Source: Pseudovirgaria hyperparasitica (lineage: Eukaryota). From it: a stretch of DNA of 64,000 nucleotides. The stretch lies in NCBI GenBank assembly GCA_010093815.1, contig ML996569.1; one strand, given 5' to 3'. This document shows positions 12,498 through 25,981 of this stretch, piece by piece. Each line of letters begins with the position of its first letter. Position 1 is the stretch's first letter. Under the pieces are notes generated by a model, which had not been told where the DNA came from, ran no database searches, and saw only the letters and a list, made by a program, of their open reading frames with translations. Both the position numbers and the translations under genes were made by a program.

Positions 12498-14331
12498 GGG
12501 TGTCGAAGTGTGTTGTTATGGAGAATACTGATGGGTTGATGTAAGTGTAAGAGGTTAATTATGAGGACGATGATAAGTAGGAGAGCCTTAGGACATTGCC
12601 TCTGCGAAGGAATTTATACACATTGCGCCGTAGATCGGGAGCACAGTAAAAGTGAGTCAGCTCCCAAACAATGCCTACAGTGGAATGGGTGATACGGACG
12701 ACGCCTTGATGTCCGCGGTCGAAGACAATGATCCGCATTAGGCGCCCCTGACTTCGTATTACCTACAGCATGATTGGACGTCGTCGATGTTGTCGACTGG
12801 TCATCCATACCATGAACCCGGAAAGTTACGTGAAAGCAAAGGGAATAACGGAGACAATAATGGAGACAAACCAACGGTGGCAGCGAAATGAATAACATCG
12901 GAATCTGTAGGGCTGAAGAACCGCCGCAAAAGGGAGCATAATGCCAAGACACGAGAATAATTCGGAAAGCGCGTGAGCACGTGCCTACTCAGCCCCAATC
13001 AGCCCCGATTAGTCAGCCTGCCAAACCTCCAGCAGACGGTCATCTGCTGTTGCAAATTTTCATCACTTCTTCAGCTTCAGCTTCCCCACGATTCATGGAT
13101 ACTGTGTTATAAGACTTTATGTCTACAGTCGTTGCATCTTGCGTTCAACAGCGTGTCTTCATACTGACCGTCGATGTGGTGGTCGTATGGTACTGCGATT
13201 GTCCAAGTCGAAGAACGCGAAACCACTCATTTCTGCATCAACCGAGAACTTGTTCACCTCAAGCAAGTATGCTGTATTACTGACTCTAAATTGTGACGAT
13301 GGTATGGTCGACGACTCGTTTAGCAACATACTAGGAACGAGATGTCCTCCAATCGAGATATCTGCAACATAGATTTGACGCTTGAACATCCGACGAGCTT
13401 TATATCCGTCTGGCTTTGGTAATGATGATGATTGCGACTCTAGTACAAACCATACCTTGGTCAACGAACGTCTCTGGAGAGCCAAGTCCTCATGGTGCCT
13501 CTCGGTGAACTTTACCCCTGAACATAGGCACAAAACAAGGCCGGCCACTACAGAAGCTTCGTCAGCCTTTAGCTCAGTTTTGTGTAGCGTCCAGAGCACC
13601 TTGGTGAAGCCCAATTCGTCCGCGAATAATGCAACTTGGTTGGAATTATCGCTGTCAAGATTGTGTCCAGCTTTATACAACGCTGCTAGCCTCGCACGCC
13701 GCTCAAGCCCACGCCGGACGGCTCGCTGATCTTAGTATGTCTACTACTCAGGTTCCCTTTCCAGGCGAAATCACAACAGCAATTCTAGAGGCATAATTCT
13801 ACGTCTCAAAACTTTTCGTTTTGAACGGTTGTCGACTTTGTTCCCCACGCGTGGATTATGACTTTAGGGCTGACGTCGGATCAAGCTTCGTCCGACCAAC
13901 CTCGCTACCAACAAACCAACTAATAGTAGGATGCACACTTTACTATGTTTGACAGTTAACTAGGCTGTAATAGTACATGAGCCAACAGAAAAGTACACTT
14001 TAATACAAACGAGCCGCAGGCGTCGTACTATGAACCATCACCTAATTACCAATCGCATCGGGTCGGAATCGACGCTTGCTCAAGTGAACGTCCACGGAAG
14101 GATGCCGGAACTACAAAACATCAGCTACGTATTCGCATGGCTGATTGGTAACCACTTCATAGGGTTTGTTCAGCACTATGATCCTGATAAATCGTCGATC
14201 TTGTCTAGAAAGGAGTCCATCTTACGGCACAGCATGGCGTTATAAAAGTCGAGCTCTGGCAATATCATTGAAGTCCTGCAGCTATAGACCTCGTGCATTC
14301 CTCACCTCGCCGCGAAGCCATCATCGACGAG

Positions 14332-15200
14332 ATGCTCTTCACCACTCTTTCGACTCTGGCTGTGGTCTTTGGTACGGCCTTCGCCCAGTCCAAGACCAGC
14401 ATTACAACCGCAACGTACAACGACCTTGTTTACTACGCCAACCTGAATGAAGCGACCTCCCTCTCTATCGGATCAACTTGTCCTAATCCACCCAACGGTG
14501 TCATTGCGCTCTCCTACATTGACACCGGCTCTGGCTTCGACGACACCAATGTCCACGGCGTAGTCTGGTACGCCTCCGCTCGCAACCAAATCATCATCAC
14601 CTGGGCCGGCTCCAACAACACTGCGAATTACATCGAGGACCTCAATTTCGAACAAGTCTCCTACCCCAGCAGCACCGGCTGCAATTCATGCTTGTCCACG
14701 CCGGCTTCAACGTCGCGTATAGCTCTGCGAAATCCATGGCCAATACTGCCCTTGCCGCCGCTTTCAAGAAGTACCCCTCTGCCGCCCTCATCATCTCCGG
14801 CTACTCCCTTGGCGGCGCAATCGCAGACCTGCAGTTCGCGGATCTCATTGCCACATCCTCGTATAAGATCGCCGCAGTCTACACCTATGGCGAGCCCCGC
14901 ACAGGGAACCAAGCCTACGCCAACTTCGTCGACGCAAAATCAAAGTCGACCTCGTCGAATGGCATCTACTTCCGCGTCACCCACGCCAATGATCCCGTGC
15001 CGAGACTGCCGCCGGCCGGCGCACCCATCGACTATGTGCACTGCCGCACTGAATATTGGGAGATGTCCAGTAGCGCACCGAGTGCCTCGAGTACGTATCA
15101 TTGTTTTGGCCAAGAGCCGAGTGATTGTAACGAGAAAGCGTCCGGGTCCAATGTCAATGATCATTTGTCATATGCCGGATTCGCCGGGGTGACTTGCTAA
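14332..15200 (+). pseudogene. Secreted class-3 lipase/feruloyl-esterase-like gene with a 1-nt frameshift (pseudogene or sequencing error)
   Basis: Signal peptide MLFTTLSTLAVVFGTAFA; VHAGF, GYSLGG nucleophile elbow, YTYGEPRTGN, RVTHANDPVPRLPP, DHLSY; frame break at ~14690 with no intron signals; TATAAAA at ~14241. Confidence 0.8.
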
Positions 15201-15862
15201 GTCTTGGTCTGGCCAGTATGCTCAATGTGCGGTGACAGATTCGGAACAATGTTGAACGTAGTGGGCACAAAGTATTGCGTCACAATACAAAGACGGCATG
15301 TTTCTTCCGTACCTGCCAAGAGTGTCAAATACATGGCTGTAGACTTGCATAATATTAAACAATTTATCTGTGGCATTCAACGCTCGCATGCACTTGCAGA
15401 GTCATATGTCAGCGAACTGAAGAAAGTTAAAGATAGGGGCAGCATAAAAGTGAAACTTCGGTCCCTACTCGAACAGACTAATGAATGTTCGGTCGATTTC
15501 GAGTTAAGGAACGAACATCACTACAGAGCTATTAATAAAATTTACACTTGCCGCTGAAATATGGGTCCGTGCGAGGTTTGTTGTCTCTGGGAGATGTTCA
15601 TTCACACAACGTATACAGGAACGAAGACAAAGAAACAACTCTTGAAAGAGATCTGAATAGCCTAGCTGTTATTTCAAGACTCCCTACCCATTAAAAATAA
15701 GCAGCTGTTTGTCTTTGTTATCATGCCTTTCAGATAAAGACGGCCTGCCTCTTATACTACTCCTCCTCGCTACATCAACGTTCCCACCTCCTGCAACAGT
15801 CTCTCTCCGCGATCAAGCAAGTCGCAATATATCCCACCCCCAATCAACCACACAAGCATAAC

Positions 15863-16717
15863 ATGGAATCACAAACTACCCCAACCACCTACCCCGAACC
15901 CCAACAACATCAAGAAGAAGAAGAACAACAAGAAGAAGAACTCAAAACCCTTCCTCCCCTCTTCACAATCACAAAACAACCCAACCCTTCCAAGCCCATC
16001 CTCCTCCCCATCTCCATCCGCAAAACCAACTTCACCCTCTCCGTCCCCGCAATCCACCGACAACCCACCCCCCCAACCTTCGAATTCCGCATCGCACTCC
16101 ACACCGACCCATCCTACGTCCACGAAACCCACATCCAGATCCTCCTCCAAGCTGCCCTCCATAATCCCAGCTTGCAGTGTCTGGCTCTGGATGTCAATTG
16201 GCACTTTCACCATGATGACCCGGGGAGGCGGGCGCTGATTGAGAGGGATTTTGTACGGGGACTTCTTGGCTGTGTTGTTGGGGAGCGGGAGGGGCCGGTT
16301 CGGCTGCGGTTGCGGTTTGATCGGAGGTTGTGGAGGGGGGGTGAGGATTGTGGGGATGGTGATGATGGTGACGATGGTGAGGCCAGTACGGATGGTGAGA
16401 ATAGCAGCTACGACACAGGTACAGCAAAGCCATGCCGGTCATTCTTCACGATTTTCCTACACGCAATGCTCGATATGCTCGACACGCTCGACACGCCGGA
16501 CCCACAAGGCAGGGAGGTATTGGCAAGCGCACTCGATACATTTGAGCATGGGCCCCCGGGCGTGCTTCCGGATGTCGGATATCTTGAGATCGGGAACTTT
16601 TGTGAGGGACGCACGCTTGGGTGTAGTGATAGGTTGTCGGTGGTTTGGTTGGATGCTGAGGGACGCAGGCTTGGTTGGTGGAGGGGGGTGACGATGGAGC
16701 GGTGTGTTGTTAGTTAG
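15863..16717 (+). CDS. Hypothetical protein (284 aa)
   Basis: Long ATG-initiated ORF with a plausible start context; no recognisable motif. Confidence 0.5.
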   Translation: MESQTTPTTYPEPQQHQEEEEQQEEELKTLPPLFTITKQPNPSKPILLPISIRKTNFTLSVPAIHRQPTPPTFEFRIALHTDPSYVHETHIQILLQAALHNPSLQCLALDVNWHFHHDDPGRRALIERDFVRGLLGCVVGEREGPVRLRLRFDRRLWRGGEDCGDGDDGDDGEASTDGENSSYDTGTAKPCRSFFTIFLHAMLDMLDTLDTPDPQGREVLASALDTFEHGPPGVLPDVGYLEIGNFCEGRTLGCSDRLSVVWLDAEGRRLGWWRGVTMERCVVS

Positions 16718-17135
16718 AGGTATGTTAAGCGGTCTGTTGGGAGTGCATTGTGATTTTGTCTTTGGGGCTGGGTTGTTGCGTTTCTGCTTGGGTAGGGTGG
16801 TGGGTGTGCCGATGGGTGTTTGTTTGTGTTTTGTGGGCTTTCTTCTTACTGCTGTTGAGGTGAAATGTCTTTCTTTTAGGAGATGAGCTGCACTGGAATG
16901 GTAGACTGCACTTCATCTTGACTATGTGTAGACTCACCTTCATCAAGCACAGGAACGCTTCGAACTGGCGTTCACATATATCAGATATAACTCGAAATCA
17001 TCAGTAACATTATATCGATACGTGTAGATCAAGCCATAGCGGTCTGATACACTGTGGCCGTGATAAATATCGCCCAAGATTAAACTGTTCAGAGCCAAAC
17101 ATATCACTAAACAAATTTGCCCGCCACATAACAAC

Positions 17136-20040
17136 CTACGACGCAGACTGCAACCGAGACCCAATATCCCTCGCCACATAGATCTGCCCATACAAATCCG
17201 TCACCCGCACAAACAAATCTACCTTCTCCATCTCCCCAGCCTCCACCTCCTCACCAAGCCTCCCCAACGCCCCCTCCATACACTCCCTCTCATACCCCGT
17301 CAACGCAAACAAATCCCCCTTCGCACGCCCCTCTTCCCATCCCCCCTCCCCGTCCCAAAACTCCGGAAAATCAACACTATTCACATTCCCCTCCTCCCGA
17401 TCCCGCCCCACAGACCCAAAGTCATTATACTGCCGACACAGCGTCGCGAGATGCCGCATCCCCGCCTCCGCATAATACCCTGCCCGCGCACCACCGTACA
17501 CATCCCGCCCCGCCGTCCCAATCAGACAGCCGTAGAACCAGAACGACACGGGACAGCTAGTGTGGTTCGCAGACGTGGTGCTGACCCAGGTATGATACGT
17601 CTTGGACGCCGCATACCTGCGTTCAGATCCTGTGTCTGCGCTCCGGAACCGCGCGTTGTCCTCGATTTGCTCCATGTGTGCTTGGAGGAACGCGTCCATT
17701 TCGCGCCGTAGTCGGGTTTGCGCTGATGCGGGGCTACGGAGCACGGTTGGGTGGTTAAAGAAGTGCGATGTGTATGCTGTGAGGACGGTGGTGATTTCGA
17801 CGAGGGTGTCGCTGGTGCCGGAGTCGGAGTCTGAGTCGCTAGGCGTGGGCGTGTCGATTGGTCGTGTTCCGTAGGCGGGGGAATGTTTGGGGGGTTCGTC
17901 GTGCTGTTGTGTGGGAGTGTCAGTGGGAGGTGTGTGTGAAAGGTCGGGCGTGTGGCAGATTTGGCGGATGGAGTGGCGGACGCGAGCGCGGTCGGTGGGG
18001 CTGAGGGTGTCGATAACGGATTCCATGTACTCGTCGACTTGGTAGTTTAGGAGGGAGATGTGCATCATGGTCCAGAGCTGGCTGGCGTCGAGAGCGTTGG
18101 TTGTCATGTTTGACGCAAGCCATGTTACGGGGATGTAGGTTAGGTAGCCCCCTTTCATTGCGGTTTGACGGGGGAAGATGTCGTGTTGCACGGATTCCAG
18201 CTTCTTTGTGTAATGGGAGGCTTCCACGATGGCGAGCTTTATGAGAGTTGGATTGGTCTTTGCGAAAGCTGGGAGTTTGGAGAAGAACTTGGCCATCTTT
18301 TCCATTCCCAGTTGCGCAGGGAGTGTTGGGGTCACGGGTATAGATGCAGTCTCAGATGCGACGCTTGCGGCTACGAGGTACACCGTCTGGAGCGACGGCG
18401 ACGAGTATGTCACTTTCTCGATCCAGATCTTGTCTGGCTTAACATTCGTGCCGATGAGGCTGTCCAGGAAGTGTCTGCCTTGGACAATCGCTTGACAACC
18501 TCGGAGCGTGCTCTCCATGTAGTCCAGGCGAGCCATGTGGCATAACGCGAGTATGGCATAAGCTGACACTTCTGCTTTTCCTCCCTCCCAGGATCCATCA
18601 CTATCTTGCGTGACAATAGTAAGGCGAGCCATGTTGAGCAGAATCTGCGGTATCCGGGACGTGAGCCTTGACTCCAGTGTAGCTGCGACTGGATGCTGAA
18701 GGAGCTTTACGAAGACTATAGCCAGCAGCATCGTGGAGTAGTATGGGGATATATTCTAAAAAGTTGAGCTTGGATTCGGCATGACTCGGATACACTATAA
18801 CGCACCCATTTGTCTTTTGGTAGACTTCCAGTCCATGCATCACACAGACTTGAGACTATGCTATTGATCTCAGCCACATGTTGAGAAGCATCTGCATCAC
18901 TAATGAGTGCCAGGAGAACATTGCAATTCGCGCTGAAGCTTGGGTTGCGTTCCGAACTATACGTTCTGAACAAGCTGTCAGTGCCAAATCGTTCAATGAG
19001 AGCAGACACGGGTGGTTGTCGACCAACTAGTTGCAACAACAAAACTGCTTTGGCAGTATCGTCTGCATCCTCAAGGAAGCCAGGTCCTGCGACAGAGTGA
19101 GCTCAAATTCCAGGAAAAAGCCACTCCTGTAAAACATACCATAGCCAAGACAGCCACCATTTCTATCTAATCCGTCCTGTAAGACGTCTGCAAGGTACAT
19201 TACGTTGTCTTCACCCAAATCTTGCACTGTAAGCCCGCTTTCCAGCAGCGTGGTCAACACCCACGACATCTCAAAGTAAGTACTTGGAAATGCACTGGGA
19301 AACGAGCCATTTCCTTTTCCGGCACCGTCTACAAGGGCCACGCGGAGATAAGACTCTGCTCCGTCATCCCACTTCGTAGCATTCATGAGATATGCTGCTG
19401 TTGATGAAGGCGAGCCTAACATACTACCATGAACCACGTGATGTGCGACGTTATCAAAGTCAATCACGCCCTGGAATGCCTCTAGCGAATGCAATACGGT
19501 CGTCTGTTGTGCGCCGTACAACACAGCTGGGTCAAACTTCCCCATCTTCTGTACGTGCAACTGCAAGAGAGAGTCCGGGATAGGCAGATCGACTCCTTCC
19601 TCGGCGAGCTTCTTTGCGATCGCCGGAACAATCATCTCTAATCCGACCTGGTCTGCCTTTTCGACTTGCCATGTTGTCAGAGCTAGCTCTAACCAGGTCC
19701 GCGATGGGGTGATACGTTGGAGCAGATCTTCATCACCACGGAAGCGCTCATCGTGTTTGTTATGGTGGTACAGAGCAAGGAGTCCGGCCAGGGTGTTCAG
19801 GATGCCATCTGTTTCCGATCCACCATCCTCCCAGCTCCCACATCCCTTTTGGGAGCTCAGGAGGAAGTCGAAAGCCTCTGGGAAGAGATACTGGGGATCT
19901 CCGTCACACGAGGCCTTTCGCACCATGGATACCCACGCAGTATCATAGATGGCACTGGACATGGATCCGATTGGCTTTCCATGTTTAGAAGCAGAGGCCA
20001 GTGCGTCGACCAGCTCACTGGCGTTCCCTCTTGACGTCAT
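17136..20040 (-). CDS. Bifunctional class II/class I diterpene synthase (fungal CPS/KS-type), ~933 aa, 3 exons (20040-19140, 19086-18806, 18755-17136)
   Basis: SSAIYDTAW, QxxxGSW (QW) motifs, LHSLEAF, class II DADD (19058-19069), class I DEYME (18021-18035), NSE-type RQYNDFGSVGRD, C-terminal VTDLYGQIYV; the exons sum to an open 2802-nt frame. Confidence 0.95.
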
Positions 20041-20773
20041 GATTGGGCGGGTTTTCTAGTAAAGTTTGATCGAGACTGGAAACGTGTGGTGCTGCATATG
20101 GAGGTATGCGGAAGGCTGTACGAGGGCAGATCTATTTGACCTGGCTGGAGACTGCATGATAAACTCAGGATTGAGGATACTACCTGCACAGCCGACTTTC
20201 AGGCAGATCTGCCAAGTGTCTGATAGGTTTCTCCGCAGATGCATTATCGTCTTGGACCTGCGATGGCCGGTCTGGCGCGGGCAGCTGGGTCATTCTAAGA
20301 CGAGGTATCAGGGATCTTAGAGGAGGCATGGGGTTTTGATTGCTAACCACGGCTGAAGTATGTTGGCTGACGCGTTGGCTGCTGGGGGGATTTACTAGGC
20401 AGGAAGACGTGTGATTGTGTGTCCGAATGACAATCGAACCTCCGTTGCGTGTTGGTGACTTTATGCCAGGGATATGCAGTTGGCTTCACGGCGATCAAAT
20501 CTTCTCTAAGAACAATGAAGCGAGACTGTTAGGTCCTACATGGGTAACGTTATCCGGCATTCCATGGTAGCGTCTGGGGTCAACAAGCGAAGCAAGGGGT
20601 AAAACCGGACCTCGCGACCTTTGATCCGAGGACTGCTCGATCTGATCCGATACAGACTCTGCTATTGAAACACAACAGCTTGTTGACAGGTCGGTGGTCG
20701 GCGCAGTTTACCCCTGCAACCCATGACACTAAGAAGGTTTTCTACTGACAGATATCAGAACAGAATAGCAAGA

Positions 20774-22880
20774 ATGGCAGAAACGGAGACTCCGACCGTG
20801 GACCAGACGCATACTGGTATTTTAAGATTCCCCATCTACTAATTATCGTCATGCTAATCGTATGTCAGAAAAGTCGGATCTGGCAAAAGACCTGACTGAG
20901 CCCACGGACGAGCGCAAGATACGAGGTTTCAAGGTACTTGTGCATACTCAGAGCATTTGGGCTATAGGCTATAGCTTATCGGTCTTACAGTGGGTTCTCA
21001 TCGCAGTATTGATACTGTCAAACTTACTCTTCTACGCCGTGGACAATACGATTGTTGCCGTGATACAACCTGTGAGCATCTCCTTCTGCCATAGCTACCA
21101 GAATTTGACATTTGTAGGCGATCATAAAAGCCTTTTCGAACGTCCAAGATCTGCCATGGGTCTCTGTCGGGTTTGTCGATTCAGTTGGTCTTCGTACCCC
21201 TACTTACAGAACGATAGCTTTACGCTTCCAGGGTCAGCATGTGCGCTCATTCTAGGGAAGCTGTATGGGGTGTTCGACGCCAAACTCCTATATATTGAGG
21301 TATGTGTGCACCTGTACTCCAGCACAAGCATCTAATGCGTACAAGTTCTCGCTGCTATTCTTGATCGGCTCAGCTATTTGCGGCGCCGCGCCGTCAATGA
21401 CAGCCATGATCTTTGGGCGAGTCATTGCCGGCCTAGGAGGCACTGGCATGTATCTCGGCGCATTGACCTTGATCAGCGTTCTCACAACGAAGAAAGAAAC
21501 GCCCACATATATGGGATTCTTGTCGCTTGTGTGGGGCTTTGGTACCATTATAGGGCCCCTGATCGGTGGAGCATTTACTGATAGTTCTGCAACTTGGAGA
21601 TGGGTGAGTTGCTCTAGCTTGAAAGTGGCCCTTATTGAGATATACAGGGTTTTTATATCAATGTTGTCGCTGTTGGTGTGAGTATTCCAGTGTATATCAC
21701 GATCCTACCCGGATATACCCCAGCACCTAGCTCGGACTTCGGCTCGAGGATCAGATCAGTAGACTGGTTAGGCGCCATACTAAGTGCAGGAGCATTTACG
21801 GCAGGTATCATGGCAACGAGCTTCGGTGGTACCCTCTATGAATGGAGTAGCGGACAGATCATCTCGCTTTTCACGGTTTCTGGGCTGTTGTTTGTGGCTT
21901 TCTTTGTGCAGCAGCACTTTGCTTTCTTGACAAGCAGTACCTTGAGGCTTTCACCTTTCCACCTACTGAGAATCAAGGATGTTTTCATCTGCTTTGTATG
22001 CCAAAGTAAGTTGTTGTCCTCGATTGTATTACTAGCACTAACAATGAAAGCGTCTGTGGCTTTGATAGTACCTGTCCCTTTGTACTACATTCCACTATTC
22101 TTGCAGCTCACTCGCGTATGTCTTTCCAAGATTGTCATCTTCAGTACTTTTACTCTACTGATTACCCGCAGGGCGCCTCTGCCATCGAAGCAGGCGTGAA
22201 GCTCTTGCCGCTCATCTGCACGTGGGTCTTCGCCGGCATATGTCAAGGTAAACTCATGGGAAAGCTAGGATGGTACCAGCCATGGTTCCTCCTCGGAAGC
22301 GGAATGAATCTGATCAGCGGTGTATTCATGTCACGCATCGACACAGACACAGACTTAGCTACGATATATGGTCTACAGGCAGTATTAGGTCTCGGTCTAG
22401 GCTGCTATGGACAAGCAGGCTACGCTGTTGTTCAGCAATTCGTAAAGCAGACTGAGATGCATGCAGGCATATCTCTCATGCTTGTCGGTGAGTGCGCTTG
22501 TGCGGCAGAAGAGCTTTGTGTAGCCCTCACTAACACACTATTAGCTCAGCTTACGGGGACTGTGTTGGGACTCGCAATAGGAGGCGCAATTTTCCAAAAT
22601 GTATCAATTGGTGCGCTTCACCGACTGCTGCCCACCCTGTCTGAGCGCGAAATCAGTGGTGTGATTAGCGGTGTGGGCATTGATCAGCTGAACGTAGTAA
22701 CTGCTGAAGTGCAGTCGGAGGTACGAGTGGTTTTGACCAATGCTTGTATAGAGACCTTTACAGTGATATATGCCTTTGCTGCACTTGCGTTCCTCGCAGC
22801 ATGTTTCTTCACGGTAGGTCTACAAGAACATAACTTCATAGCTCTGTGCTAATATGATGTAGCCAAAGAAGATCTTTTAG
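20774..22880 (+). CDS. MFS drug:H+ antiporter (DHA2/14-TM type), many introns
   Basis: DNTIVAVIQP, LGKLYGVFDAK, GSAICGAAPSM..MIFGRVIAGLGG, GPLIGGAFTDSSATWRW, VDWLGAIL; hydrophobic helices across ORFs 20862-22852. Confidence 0.92.
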
Positions 22881-22982
22881 TAACAAGTTTACAAAGCTGA
22901 GCAGATATAGGTTCATTCAACATCATCCATTTCTGGTAGATCTAGCTATGCCTTTCGTTGCATTATATCTGATCAACTACTC

Positions 22983-24826
22983 TTAGACTTCGAATGCTAC
23001 GATATCCGGGTCTTCGAGGGTCTTCCTTCGAAATTCCACTTGCGCTTCAGGGTCAGGGAATATGTATTCATGTAGACATACATTCTTGGGTCGTCCTTGG
23101 CCTTCAGGGTATCTGAAGTCATAGTGGAGAATCAGATGTGCCAATATAATCTTGATAGTGTTTGAGGCGAAAAATCTGCCTGGACAGCCTACCACAGTGT
23201 TAGTATTGTATGCCTAGTCCTGCTAGGATGCGAAAGGCGGGAAGTAACTCACTAAATTTCCCATGGCCAAAGTGCATGTTGTCCTTGTCGGTCGTGGCAA
23301 ACTGATACTTGTGCGCATTTCCAGGCTCATCTCGTCTGCGATAATGTCTGAAGCCGTCGAACTCGAGCGGGTATCCTGTGACCGACTCGTCTTGAGCGAT
23401 AGGGACTATGGGCATGACGAGATGAACTCCTTTTGGGAGGAACAAACCATCGGATAATGTCATAGGCTCCATGACCTGTCGTTTGAAACCGGCTGCAAGT
23501 TTTTAGCCTTCCAATCTCAACTTGGGAGTACCGTACTCACTCAGACTTGGTGGGTTCAAACGCTGGCTTTCTCGCATGAAGCTATCAAGTTTGCGCATCC
23601 GCGTCAATGTTGTTTTCTTCCATCCATTATCTGTTCTCAGTGCGCCTAGGATCTCCTCGCGAAGGTCTTCCAAATACTCAGGATGCTCACAGAGATCGAA
23701 GAACGCCTGAGCGCATGCCATACTTGTGGTATGTACCGACGCCATTGCCAATACTAGAAGTCTATGCACCAGCTTATCCGGGCGCGCGTCGCGAGGAGAT
23801 GTCGCTTCTTCCATCATCCACTGCAAAAGATCATTCGGCGGCTCATAAGTGCTTGACGGGTCCTGGATATGGCGAGCCAAGGCAGCCTGCCGTTCTTCGA
23901 CAATCGGAACCACAAGTCTTAGCGCTCCACGGAGATTCCAGGACACTTTCCAGGTCCAAGGGATCACCCATGCTGCGAGGCCTTTCAGGTAGTTGGGGAC
24001 TAGTCTCATCAAGATGACACATTTGAAGACGTTTTCGGGATACTTCACGTTGATGGCGAGCCACTCCGGATTGTCATACATGGGTGCGACGGCTGTGCGC
24101 GCAAAGTTCCGGGCAATGAGTCTGACAATAACATCGAATGCTTTGTGCTTTGCCCATTGAGTCTCAGAAGAGGCGAGTTCGACTGGAAGGGATTTTCGAA
24201 TCTCTTTGCAGATTGGCTGGATGAATGTGCCCAGCTTGGGCGTTAATCTCGTCTGTATTGTATGTGTGTGCAAGTCGCCTTCAAGCAAGATGTCAATGGT
24301 TGAAAAGGCGCCCTGAAAGTTCTACGTTCCTTAGCTTCAAGAAAATACGTGGAGGCTGTGAATCAAACTTACATCGATATTCGCAACGATGGAACTGAGC
24401 TTATGTTCAGGCAGACTGCGTAACTCATCCACGTACTTATTAGGGATTACTAAGATCTCGTTGCCTATAACCTTGAAGATCCCAGATTTGAACTATCTGA
24501 TCAGTGGCAGCTTCATATCAAAACAGTCATTAACTTACTTTCCGGTAGCCTTCTCGGATAGGCGTGTTTGCATCTCTTAGAAATTCCAACCGATTGAACC
24601 ACGGCCATTTGCTGCCAATAACCGGAGCATCTACCAGTGCATTCCCAGATGTCTTAAGCGAAGGAATGACCAAAAGGACCAGGATAATCAGGCTTAGGGA
24701 GAGGGCGAGATACCCAGAAATTCTCTTATTTTTCGATGCGTCGATGAATAATGAGCCTGGTAAAGATCCAGAGTTATCATCAGCAGCCAATCTGACAAAG
24801 TTTGTGATATTCTCGATGTGTTCCAT
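22983..24826 (-). CDS. Cytochrome P450 of the terpenoid-oxidising type (ent-kaurene oxidase/CYP503-CYP512-PaxP-like), multi-exon
   Basis: ASVHTTS I-helix, KLDSFMRESQR, TLSDG..LPKG, FDGFR, heme motif FGHGKF(S)CPGRFFA reconstituted across an intron. Confidence 0.92.
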
Positions 24827-25981
24827 ATTGTCGCCCGTCTAATTTAGCGATCGGATTTTCCTCAATGTCTTGCAAGTCTGTGTGATGATGAGACAAACCT
24901 TGTTTCAGCTTACCAGAATGGTATATGCGAAAGATATCATCGAGAAGGGCGACATTACATGATCATCGCTTCGAAGACCCATTTCTGAATGCGCAGGACT
25001 AATGGTAAGAGTAGGTCATCTGTATCTCCTTCAATCCTCTTATTGGACCATGATACCAGATGCTTGCTTAGGAAACGCCACGCCGTTGGCAAGTGCATAT
25101 GTCGGTACTTGGTCGTATATGCAGAAGGGAGGCCGTACGACTCCTATAAGTTGCAGGGGTCTGTATTATGTTACTGGGCAATCTAAGCTCATGAGTAAGC
25201 TTCGTTCTGGCCATAGAAGAAAGCTCTACTTGTAGGTTATAAGGTATGTCTACGTATACCTTGATCAATGCGGATAAAATAACTCTCATCGCAATCGAAA
25301 CCTATATAACTCATAGTAACGACCCCTATCAAGCTATGGATAGTCTTACGCTCGGTTACAGCGCCCAAAACATACATGACCTATCTTTCATCGATCAAAC
25401 ATGGATTATTGGTGATCATGCATGTAAACGTCCATCAGAATCTCAAAGCCCGAGTAGACCATGCTGTTGCATATCGATCCTTGCCAGGGAATACTGTTCC
25501 TGGTTCATCCATGTAGAGCCCTTCCAGCCTTTGTATCGGGACACACATGCCGGAAAACCATGAGCATCTGGCACTCGGCGCTGACTGAGCCGTAGGATTG
25601 CGCTCACGTATGCACTGCTCCCTGTTGACACGATGATACCAACCGTCGCATCCGGTGTGTGGCACTCGATCTGATAACGCCACCCAACGAACGGCACGCT
25701 GTACTCTGACTATAGCGTTATGTGACGACATACTGGAAGGCTGGATTCTCATGCCTGAGCCTTCCCTACTCATAGGGCGTTGTATGTGCGAGGATAGCCG
25801 ATCCCAAAACCAGTCAGCTATTGAGTTATCAATGCTGTGATGCCAAAAATAGCAATGGGGATCTTGGAACTTTTGGGGTCCTTTTTTGAGGCATGTATAT
25901 AGAATACACAGTCCAGTGGAGGTCAGACTCGAGCTTGAATCCCTTTTCTCAAGTCGACCACCTTCATCATACGACGAAGCT

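Noticed and set aside
12819..12831. AOD2/AOD5-type CGG-N7-CGG induction motif upstream of alternative oxidase
   Set aside because: Only an imperfect CGG-N7-CGT was found by eye; insufficient support
13159..13680. 173-aa minus-strand ORF
   Set aside because: No ATG start or recognisable motif; possibly a relic, not supportable
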